From Eledone cirrhosa (taxonomy: Eukaryota): a stretch of DNA of 64,000 nucleotides. Under the pieces are notes generated by a model. It was not told the DNA's origin. It was given only the letters and a program-made list of their open reading frames with translations, and did no database searches. Shown here one piece after another: positions 52,394 through 64,000 of this stretch. The DNA lies in contig OZ024740.1 of assembly GCA_964016885.1 (NCBI GenBank), forward strand, positions 277,512,001 to 277,576,000. Reading direction: 5' to 3'. Numbering within the stretch: position 1 is the first letter of the stretch; every line of letters begins with the position of its first letter. The position numbers and the translations under genes are program-made.

Positions 52394-54551
52394 ACTCTTT
52401 TACCTATTTCAGCCATCCGGCTGAGGCCATGCTGGGGCACCGCCCTTGTTGCTACACATTTTATCTCCAGCCTGTATAGGTTGGCCAATGGTGTAAGGGG
52501 GAGTTTGTTGCTGCTGCCCTTAGGTTTCCCTCGTGTCTTGCTGTGGGCTCATCCGGGATCCTGGATAACAAGGTGTCGAGATGTTTCTTGAAGACATCCA
52601 TCTCCACGTCATGCAAATCTCTCAGATCCCTCGGCAGCCTGTTGAAGAGTTGAGGGCCCTTGAATACCAGACTATTGCAATACCTGCTCCTTATTCTAGA
52701 TGTGGAAGACGGGACCTTTGGCACCACACAGTGACGTCCTGTTCGACGGTTGGTCCAGCTCCCAATGCCAAAGTTTGGTGCTAGTCCCTCCAGGATTTTC
52801 CACATGTAGATCACTGCGTACCTTTCCCGTCTTCGCTCCAAGGAGTAGAGGTTCAGTTCCTTTAGCCTCTCCCAGTAGCTTGTCTCCCTCATCTTGACAA
52901 TCTTCTTGGTGTAGCTTCGCTGGATTGCCTCAAGCTCCGTGGTTAGTTTGACACTATGGGGTGACCACAACTGGGAGCAGTAGTCCAGGCGGCTTAGGAC
53001 AAATGTCCTCCATAGTGTCAACATGGTGTCTCGATCTCTTGTACGGAAAGTCCTCAAGATCCAGCCAGCGAGTCGTCTGCACATTGTCGCCACTTTCATG
53101 ATGTGTGAAGAAAAAGATGCATCATCGCTCATGTCTATGCCCAGGTCTCGTATCGATTTTGACACGGGGATATCGGTGCCTCCTGGTCCTGTGTAGTTGT
53201 GTTCCACTATATTTGTGTTTGCAGGTTTGTTTGGAGGTTTGTATTGTAAGGCTTAGAATTTGCCAGCATTAAACTGCATGTTGTTGTCTTCCGCCCATTT
53301 GTATATGGCATCCAGATCCTGCTGTAAAAGGGCAGCGTCAGCCGGGTTTTTGATTGCCTGTGCTACCTTAGTGTCATCAGCATAGCTAGTGAGGGATGTT
53401 GTTGCATGTACTACAGAGGGCATGTCAGAGAGAGCCACCAAAACAGTAGTGGTCCCAGGACTGTCCCCTGGGCACTCCACTTGTTATTGGTGTTTCCTTT
53501 GAGAGGGCCCCATTTGCTGCGACTGCCTGGCTTCTGTCCCTTAGGAAGCCATGCAGCCATTCACCTACTTTTCCAGTTATGCCGAGTCCGTGTAGTTTGT
53601 GACATATCATTCCGTGGTCGACCTTGTCAAAGGCCTTCGCAAAGTCAAGATATATCACGCCCACATGTGAGCTGTCTAGTAGTTGTCTCAGTACCCAGTC
53701 GTAGTGTTGTAGCAGCTGTGTAAGGTAGTTTCTTCCTGGGCGGAAGCCATGTTGCGTGCTAGTCAGGCGGTCATTTTCCTCGAGTCGAGGAAAGTGATCA
53801 GTTTCTTTCTGACGACTCGTTCCATGACCTTACTGATATGCGACGTCAGGGAGACTGGCCTATAGTTTTTAGCCTCCGCTCTGCTATCTCCTTTATGGAT
53901 AGGGCATATTGTGCCTTCTTTCAGCTCCCTGGGTAGTACACCGCTAGCCAAGGAGCTTCTGAAGAGCATCTTCAGTGGAGTTGCTAAGGCCCGCTTACAT
54001 ATTTTTAAGAGAACTGCTGGGAATCTATCAGGTCCAGCAGCCGAGTCTGTTCTAATTTCATCAATGGCGTACACCACATCCTCCTCCGTTATGTCTATGT
54101 GGTGGATGGTTGCCATTTCTTCATGTAGTGTTGTGGCATCAAAGAACTCCTCTGGCTTCGTTATTTGCATGTGCCTCAGTGGACATGTGAACACACTTTT
54201 GTACTGTTCGTTCAGTATTTCACATATCTCTTGGGGGTTTTCGGTTAATGAACCGTCCGTATGGAAGAGTGGCCCAATCTTGCAGTGTACTGAGGCAGTT
54301 TCCTTTGCACATTTAAAGAAGGCCTTAGGGTTTGTTTTAATGTTTTCTATGGCCCTGTTCTCTTTCTTTGTCCTCTCATTCTCATGGGAAAGCTTGAGTG
54401 CAATCACATTTCAAATAGGATTCCTTCTTGTTTTTGTTTTGTTGGCTATTCAACTGGTTTGAGAGTTTAGTTCTACGTCCCATAAGGATTTTCCTATCTC
54501 TGGGAATAAGATTTTTGTGTCTGTTTGCCTCTTTCTCCGGGACAAACTTTT
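52394..54551 (-). mobile_element. CR1-type LINE, 5'-truncated, frameshifted RT
   Basis: NYRPVSLTS, YLDFAKAFDKVDH, SGVP, YADDTK, RLDYCSQLWSPH, LYSLERRRERY; 9-bp TSD TTCATAATT (52385-52393, 54552-54560). Confidence 0.92.
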
Positions 54552-54630
54552 TTCATAATTCATTATTTAAATTATAATTAATATTTCATATTTTATATTG
54601 AATATATTGTGTATATATTTTTCAAATGTT

Positions 54631-54694
<64 letters not shown>

Positions 54695-56304
54695 GTATAT
54701 ATGTGTTTCTGTGTGTATGTATATATCAAAGTGTTTATGTATATATCAAAGTGTTTATATATATATGAAATTTATACTTTAAATATATTCTACAGATGTA
54801 CTCTTGTGAAAGATGTTTTTAATGGTTTAAGCTTTGGATATATTCCAATGAATGAATTTTTAAATGTTAACACGTTTTATGAAAAAAATGTATGTTTTTA
54901 ACAGTCATAACTGTATAACAGGTTTGAGTTATGAATTTATAACTTGATATAAAATAACATAAAAGTCATGCTCTAATTACACTATTAAGATGGATAATTA
55001 AAATTTTTTAACATCTTAACTTTATAACATTTAACTTTATAACATTTAATCCTTAGAGCTATCTTAATTATTATTAAATCGCTAGCAATTTCCTTTACGC
55101 TCTTCTGCTATTACAAATAGGGGATTATTCTGCGGTAAACTCTCAGAAATTCCATGAGCTTAGAAATATTCGAATATTTTAAACTTAAACATTTTTTTTA
55201 AATAATTAACTAATTAATAATAATAAAATTATATTTAGTTTTGTAATAATAACATATTTTTTTAATAATATATATTCTTTAATAATAATATATAGGTCTC
55301 AACTTTAATAATATAACATACACATTTAAACATTTAAACTACGGATTGAATTACTAAATTATTAATTAAACATTTTAAAAAATGTATTAATTAAACATTA
55401 GATAAATTCTTCAACTTAGCTTTATCCACCTTTATTAGTATCTGTTATTGGTTGTTATTAGTATTCATCCACGCTAAATTTATTTCTTCGCCTCTTCCCA
55501 CAAAATTACGCTATTCTCTCTCACTAAAATATACTCAGGTTTCTCTCTTTCGTTTTTTCTCTTTCTTTTCTCCATTTTCCCTATTCCAATGGCTTAATTT
55601 AAATTTACTGTTTTTAATAATATATATTCTTTAATAATAATATAATTTTTTTTTAATAATATATATTATCTAATAATAATATATAGGTCTCAACTTTAAT
55701 AATATAACATACACATTTAAACATTTAAACTATGGATTGAATTGATAAATTATTAATTAAACATTAGATACATTCTTCAACTTAACTTTATTATTGTTTA
55801 TCCATCTTTATTAGTATCTGTTATTAGTTGTTATTATTGATTTATCCATCTTACGGTATTCATCCATGCTATATTTATTTATTTGCCTCTTCACTCAAAA
55901 TTACGCTATTCTCTCTCACTAAAATATACTCAGGTTTCTCTCTTTCTTTCTTTCGTTTTTTCTCTTTCTTTTCTTTTTTCCCTATTCCAACGTCTTAATT
56001 TAAACATACTTTTTTAAACCTTTCCAACACTAATTTGCATAATAAACCAACAATAAATCTAATAATTCCACTATCCATTTTATAAGGGTACGACAATATT
56101 TATATATAAAACTAACCTATATTATATTTTATCTCATGAAAGCGCACCATAGCTCTAGTGGCCCTTCAAATATGTATAATGAAATAAATATTGTTTTATA
56201 AATATAGTTTCCATTTGTTAATATATTGTATATTTACTCCAATGAGTGCTTTATATCAGTTATAACAATATTTTGCTTGTTGTATCCCAACAAATTAAAT
56301 ATAA

Positions 56305-56463
<159 letters not shown>

Positions 56464-56568
56464 ATAAGATGGCGTGCTGCGTGGTTGCAAATGGGTTACA
56501 TATGAACAAATTTAGTCCTTCATCAGTGATCTTACAGCCTTCATTTGTATTTCATCGCTTTAAAGACC

Positions 56569-56728
<160 letters not shown>

Positions 56729-56736
56729 GTATATAC

Positions 56737-56863
<127 letters not shown>

Positions 56864-56864
56864 C

Positions 56865-58024
56865 AGTATTTACGTATCCAGAGAGAGAAAAAAAGGGGAG
56901 GATAGGTGATACATATAGTTATTTGCCAAGTAGCGTATGCCAAAGATCCTCGATACTAGTGCCGGCAGTATTAAATATTCGAAGTGTTAATATTTAGTGG
57001 GCTAGAGAGTTAGCAGAGCGTAAGCACGTGGGAAAGTAAGAAATTGGAGAATAGACCGTTAAAACATGTTTATTTAAAATACCACCTACGTACGTTTCGC
57101 CCAGTTGGACTTCTCAAGAGCATAAATAATCAAAAGTTTCCTTACATTGCTCGGAAAGAGTTTTGGCGGTTAAATCTACGTCAAGGTTCATTGCTCGCAA
57201 CAATAGCTTGTTTTGATTTTGAAGCAGGTGAAGGGAGGTAACTCTGGCCGGTTTTAGGGCAGTCTTTCCCGGACAAATTTTTTTATCCGCTACGAGATGA
57301 GGTTACAACCTTACCATTGTCGATACGCATGTAATCAACGCTTATTTTGAGAGTTTTTTTGCCGCATCTGTTTGTCTGAGTCGTTTGTGGCTGGGTCTGG
57401 TATGCAAGGATAGTTTCTTGGGTGTTATTTTGCAGCGCCTGTCAACCGGGGTGTTAAGACTTGTTGCAGGGAGTTCCGGTGCACGGTTTCAGTCCTCATC
57501 CTTAACCCATCTGAAGAATGAAATTTTTAAGCGATGCGTACAACGTATTGCTATTTCAGCTCTGCTGTTGATGAGCTTGTGGGGTGCACTTATGATGTGG
57601 TAGAGCTCCATGAGGCAAAGATCGCATTTCCTCTTGAAGTTTCAGCATACCAGACCCAGCCACAAACGAGTCAGACAAACAGATGCGGCAAAATAACTCT
57701 CAAAATAAGCGTTGATTACATGCGTATCGACAATGGTAAGGTTGTAACCTCATCTCGTAGCGGATAAAAAAATTTGTCCGGGAAAGACTGCCCTAACACC
57801 GGCCAGAGTTACCTCCCTTTACCTGCTGCAAAATTAAAACAAGCTATTTTTGCGAGCAATGAACATTGACGTGGAATTAACCCCAAAAACTCTTTCCGAG
57901 CAATGTAAGGAACACTTTTGATTATTTATGCCCTTGAGAAGCCCAACTGGGTGAAACGTACGTAGGTGCTGTTTGAAATAAACATGTTTTAACGGTCTAT
58001 TCTCCGATTTCTTACTTTCCCACG
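56865..58024 (-). mobile_element. PLE family H two-arm insertion
   Basis: Arms 57025-57406 and 57646-58024; centre reads KRKCDLCLMELYHI...CTHRL on the minus strand; ~160-nt tail on the left only. Confidence 0.85.
57930..57969 (+). ncRNA. minimal hammerhead with U3-A8 core (mirror copy 57082-57121, -)
   Basis: GCCC-TTGAGAA-GCCC AACT GGGT-GAAA-CGTACG-TA-GGTGC. Confidence 0.72.
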
Positions 58025-58167
58025 TATATGTATATATATGCATATATATATGTATATGTATGTGTATATATGTATATATGTATATATATATGTTTGTGAT
58101 ATGTATGTATATATGTGTGTATGTGTGTATGTGTATATATATGTATATATATATGTGTATATATGTG

Positions 58168-58260
<93 letters not shown>

Positions 58261-58315
58261 ATGTATATATGTGTATGTATATATATATATATACATACAC
58301 ATATATACATACACA

Positions 58316-58448
58316 GTTTTTAGTCCAGAATTAGCCGTAAAAACGGCTTGAGCTCAGCCATTGGGGTCCTATTACCCACTCTACTACCCTAAGTATTGAG
58401 TACTTTGGTGCGTTATGGTCCATTTGGTTCCTTACCACATTTCCTTCG

Positions 58449-58450
<2 letters not shown>
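58316..58450 (+). mobile_element. family B 3' end
   Basis: Reverse complement of 6521-6660. Confidence 0.8.
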
Positions 58451-58494
<44 letters not shown>

Positions 58495-58514
58495 ATATGT
58501 ATATATTTGTATAT

Positions 58515-59773
58515 ATAGATAATTTATTATATCAACTAACATAGGCGCACAGATGCACGTCCATGCCAGCAAATACACAGGTTATGTCATAGTACCTAGG
58601 TGGTTCAATGCAGGAGGGTGCAGAACAATAATATAAAGGACGTAAAATAAGAAAATATTTTTCAAAAAAATTTTTAAAACTTTTTTTACTTACTTACTTA
58701 AATTTTCACTCCAACTAATTAGTTTCTGCAATGGGATAAAGACAGTTACATAATCCAACTGTCGAGAATTCATTGCGTCATCAGGGAGTCTATTCTCAGC
58801 TGAGCCTCCAGGCAATGCGCGGACACTGGCGGCTCATATAAAAATAATAATAATAATTCGGTAGAAAGAACAGCTAGGCGAGGACTGGATTCTATGTACT
58901 GAAATTCTCACTGCTTCCAGTCAAATGGCCGATTCTAAAGAATCAATCACGTGACATAGAGGCTAGTTAGAAGGAATGGGATGGTAAGATGACTGACGCC
59001 TACTAACACCCCAAAAAAATTTTGAAGTGGTTTTGGCAGGTTTGCTCGACAAATCAGTGATTTGGAGATAAATATAGATAATTTATTATATCAACTAACA
59101 TAGGCGCACAGATGCACGTCCATGCCAGCAAATACACAGGTTATGTCATAGTACCTAGGTGGTTCAATGCAGGAGGGTGCAGAACAATAATATAAAAGAC
59201 GTAAAATAAGAAAATATTTTTCAAAAAAACTTTAAAAAAATTTTTTACTTACTTACTTAAATTTTCACTCCAACTAATTAGTTTCTGCAATGGGATAAAG
59301 ACAGTTACATAATCCAACTGTCGAGAATTCATTGCGTCATCAGGGAGTCTATTCTCAGCTGAGCCTCCAGGCAATGCGCGGACACTGGCGGCTCATATAA
59401 AAATAATAATAATAATTCGGTAGAAAGAACAGCTAGGCGAGGACTGGATTCTATGTACTGAAATTCTCACTGCTTCCAGTCAAATGGCCGATTCTAAAGA
59501 ATCAATCACGTGACATAGAGGCTAGTTAGAAGGAATGGGATGGTAAGATGACTGACGCCTACTAACACCCCAAAAAAATTTTGAAGTGGTTTTGGCAGGT
59601 TTGCTCGACAAATCAGTGATTTGGAGATAAATATAGATAATTTATTATATCAACTAACATAGGCGCACAGATGCAGAAACTAATTAGTTGGAGTGAAAAT
59701 TTAAGTAAGTAAGTAAAAAATTTTTTAAAAATTTTTTTGAAAAATATTTTCTCATTTTACGTCTTTTATATTT
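58515..59773 (-). mobile_element. family I relative: two near-identical 559-bp hammerhead units + inverted arm (retrozyme-like)
   Basis: Units start 58515, 59074, 59633; inversion at TGCA about 59672. Confidence 0.88.
58708..58789 (-). ncRNA. type I hammerhead (second copy 59267-59348)
   Basis: Minus strand: ACTCC-CTGATGA-C GCAATG...CATTGC A-GAAA-CTAATTAG-TT-GGAGT. Confidence 0.87.
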
Positions 59774-59786
59774 GTATATATATGTA

Positions 59787-59846
<60 letters not shown>

Positions 59847-59850
<4 letters not shown>

Positions 59851-60739
59851 GTATAATAAACAATACAATATAATTACCTCATTACCAGAAGTTTCCCGAA
59901 TAAGATGAATACAAGAAACGTCCTCACTCATTCGTCGGCCGAGGCAATTTTAAACATAGTGGAATATTTGAAAAATCTCCTCAAGAAAGGCAAAAGTTTA
60001 ACGGGCAAAAAAAATATATAAGTAAAACTAATGCAAGAGATATATAAAAATAAAATAAGGAAATATAGTTATGGTATGTGTATAAATGTGTGTATATTCA
60101 CTCACAAATGTACATATGTGTGTATGTACAAATGCATGTGTATAGTGAAACAATGTGTGCGTAAGTACATATATGAGGGAAAGCATATCAGTGTATGTGT
60201 GACCACAAATACGTATATAATATATGTTGAAAAAGAAATTGTAAGATAATAGAGTTAACGTACATCCAGACTCGGGTACTAAGGATTGAAGTATATACAC
60301 ACACAAGTATGAAAGCACGCGTATAAACACACACACACGCGCAACCACATACATGCCAGTGATATACACAGGGAAGGGTGTGTATCAGTCAAAGCAGTGT
60401 CAGTAAGAATATCGATACATATATAAAAAAGAAAAAATATATGAGAATAAAAAAATGTTTAATCAAAGAGAAAGTAAGAGGGAGGCGTTATCAATTATAA
60501 AGTAACACTAGAAAAATAGAAAACAAACATAGGTTAGTACGTACACATATATATATATATATAAATATATATATAAATACGTACAGACAAAATCACATAC
60601 ATGCGTAAATACATGCGTACAAAGGCGCGCATACATACACACGAAGCACATATATATATATATAGGCACATATACATGTAGCACACGAACGCACACGACC
60701 ATATATATATATTTATATACACACATACAAACACATACC

Positions 60740-60771
<32 letters not shown>

Positions 60772-62608
60772 CATACACACATACACACACACACGTATAT
60801 ATATGTAAAAAACATAGATATAAAAACACACATACACACACATATGCACACACGCGCACATACGAATGCAATCGTATACATATACAAACAAGCACACACA
60901 TACATGAACGCTCACACGTATAGATACACATTAAAACCAGCCGTATGAATAAATGAGTACAAATTATACGCAAGTAAACATACATAAGAGCGGCTGAGAG
61001 ACAACAGAATATATCTGGAGTTGAAAACGCAAGTGACAAGTGATATCACGTAGAGAAAGAAAAGGGGGAAGTAAAATGTGTGGAATTGTGAAGATATAAG
61101 GTAAGTGAATAAAAAAAACACAGGGGGGGGGGGGGTCACTGGTGGATGTGAAGTAAAAATAAAGTTAAAAATAAAAATAAATTAAATCAGAAAGAGAAGT
61201 CTGTAAAGAGGGTAATTTAAAGAAAGTGAAGAACAAGAGTTTATGTAGGATCAGTATCTGAAAGTGAGTTAAGTTTATATGCGCTGGAAAGCAAGTGTGA
61301 TTTCATGTGTGGGCAACTGGTGAAAATATCTGTTTTTGCATTTAGGCAGGATTTTGGTGATTTAAGGTTCTGTAAAATCCAATATTTTTCACTTATGCAG
61401 AGTGCGCATCTTCTTGTTCCTCTTGTAAATTCTTTAGATTTGTTCAAAATTGACCAATCTAATTTATATTGAATACCTTGGTCTTTCAAATCCCATATTC
61501 TACTAGCCAGAGCTGTTGTAAATCTTTTTGCAGGATGTCGGAAAGATGTCAGCAAGATGTCGAACACATATAAACCTAGATCTGCCTACTGCTTCTTATA
61601 AACCGTACCATAAACCTAATGAAAATTTAAAATATATAAATAAAGGCTCTTGCCATCCTCCTATAGTTTTTAAAAATCTTATCCCTAATATTAGCCGTAG
61701 GATCTCCACCGTCTCTTCCTCAGAAGCTATTTTCAATAAGGCATCCCCCTACTATAATAAAGCCCTTCAAAATAGCGGATTTAGCGAACCGATTAAGTAC
61801 ATACCCAATAATACTAACTCCTTTAAACATAATAATAGGAAAACAAAAATAATCTGGTTCACACGCCACTACTCTTTAGCAGTTAAATCAGATGTAGGCA
61901 AAAAATTCCTAGAGCTCATAGATAAACATTTCCATAGAACATATAATACTATAAGATCATCAATAGAAACTGTGTCAAAATCAGCTACTCCTGCGGTCCC
62001 CCTATTAAATCTTATATCCTCAATAAGAAAATACCCAGAGAACATCAACATTTCTCCTGTAGAGTCAAAGGTGAATGCCCATTACAAGGTAAATTCAACA
62101 CCAAAGCCATTGTATATGCGGCTACAGTGACAACCACCAGCAACAACCCACCAGCCACCAGCGAACGAAAATGTGGGTATGCCACAAGACAAATTCAAAA
62201 CTCGTCATTACTCACATGTTGCATCTTTCCGACATCCAGAAAAAAGATTTACAACAGCTCTGGCTAGTTATAAATCCTTATATCTTCACAATTCCACACA
62301 TTTTACTTCCGCATTTTCGTTCTCTACCTGATATTACATGTCACTTGCGTTTTCAACTCCAGATATATTCTGTTGTCTCTCAGCCGCTCTTATGTATGTT
62401 TACTTGCGTATAATTTGTACTCATTTATTCATACGGCTGGTTTTTTAATTTATATCTATGCGTGTGAGCGTTCATGTGTGTGTATGCGTGTTTGTATATG
62501 TATACTATTGCATTCGTATGTGCGCCTGTGTGTGTATATGTGTGTGTGTATGTGTTTTTTATATCTATGTTTTTTACATACTTATATATACGTGTGTATG
62601 AGTGTATG

Positions 62609-62692
<84 letters not shown>

Positions 62693-63634
62693 TATATATA
62701 TATATGTATCTGTTTGTATGTGTGTATATATATATGTATGGTCGCGTCCGTGCGTGTGATATATATATGTGCCTATATATATATGTGCTTCGGTGTATGT
62801 ATGCGCGCCTTTGTATCTATGTACGCATGTATGTGCTTTTGTCTGTACGTATTTATATATATATTTATATATATATATGTTTGTACGTACGAACCTATGT
62901 TTATTTTTTTCTATTTTTTCGAGTGTTACTTTATAATTGATAACACCTCCCTCTTACTTTCTCTTTGATTAAACATTTTTTTATTCTCATATATTTTTTC
63001 TTTTTTATATATGACACTGCTTTGACTGATACACTCCCTTCCCTGTATATATCACTCGCATGTATGTGGTTGCGAGTGTGTGTGTGTTTATACACGTGCT
63101 TTCATACTTGTGTGTACTTCATTCCTTAATACCTGAGTCTGGATGTACGGTAACTCTATTATCTTACAATTTCTTTTTCAACATATATTATATACGTATT
63201 TGTGGTCACACATACACTGATATGCTTGCCCTCATATATGTACTTACGCACACATTTTTTCACCATACACATGCATTTGTACATACACACATATGTACAA
63301 TTGTGAGTGAATATACACATTTATACGCATACCATAACTATATTTCCTTATTTTATTTTTATATATCTCTTGCATTACTTTTACTTATATATTTTTTTTT
63401 GCCCGTTAAACTTTTGCCTTTCTTGGGGAGCTTTTTCAAATATTCCACTGTTTAAAATTGCCTTGTCCGACGAACGAGTGAGGACGTTTCTTGTATTTGT
63501 CTTAATCGGGAAACCTCTGGTAATGAGGTAATTATATTGTATTGTTTATTATACATTAAATTTAGCTCTGTAACTTACATGGAGCACTCTTCACTCCTAT
63601 GACTTTTTCAATTTTCAACGGAAGCTTCAATACT
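59847..63634 (+). mobile_element. PLE family E (Hydra-type) two-arm insertion
   Basis: Tailless reverse arm 59847-61549 with ORF end (CALCISEK...CPH); forward arm about 61570-63634 (YKPYHKPNENLKYINKGSCHPP) with deletion at about 62269 and tail. Confidence 0.87.
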
Positions 63635-63665
<31 letters not shown>

Positions 63666-63689
63666 TTATATATATTTATATATATATTA

Positions 63690-63725
<36 letters not shown>

Positions 63726-63894
63726 CTGTGTGTGTGTGTGTGTGTATGTATATGTGTGTATATATATTATATATATATATATATGTATGTATGTATATGT
63801 ATATATATATATATGGAATATATATACATATGTATATATATATATGTATATATGTATATATGTATATATATGTATGTGTGTATATATATGTATA

Positions 63895-63925
<31 letters not shown>

Positions 63926-63926
63926 C

Positions 63927-63998
<72 letters not shown>

Positions 63999-64000
63999 TA

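Noticed and set aside
63456-63534. Hammerhead in family E
   Set aside because: Stem I-like pairing and GAAAC are present, but no convincing CUGANGA or UUGANAA core.

Overview
AT-rich, gene-free animal genomic DNA; the SINE and LINE 3' ends resemble Octopus repeats as I recall them, which is an inference and was not searched. No host gene was recognised. The window is a dense pile of Penelope-like elements (PLEs) from roughly ten families, almost all inserted in (TA)n microsatellites, plus two CR1-type LINE fragments, six copies of one tRNA-derived SINE and a DINE-1/Helentron-like element. The many IY/CV/HT-repeat ORFs are microsatellite artefacts. Main structure read from the sequence: (1) most PLE insertions are two oppositely oriented 3' arms, one with a 40-160 nt tail and one without; (2) in most non-Neptune families the tail starts with a covarying hairpin (4-bp NNUC/GANN stem, 2-nt usually UU bulge, variable upper stem), and where a tailless arm can be compared it usually stops 0-6 nt before the hairpin; (3) nearly every family has a type I hammerhead, four with a U3-A8 core; (4) ORF-less tandem elements (523/559-bp hammerhead units, a 270-bp tRNA-containing unit, a ~590-bp terminally redundant unit) show much of the same insertion signature and look like parasites of this machinery. 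Family letters are my own labels; boundaries were read by eye and may be off by several bases.
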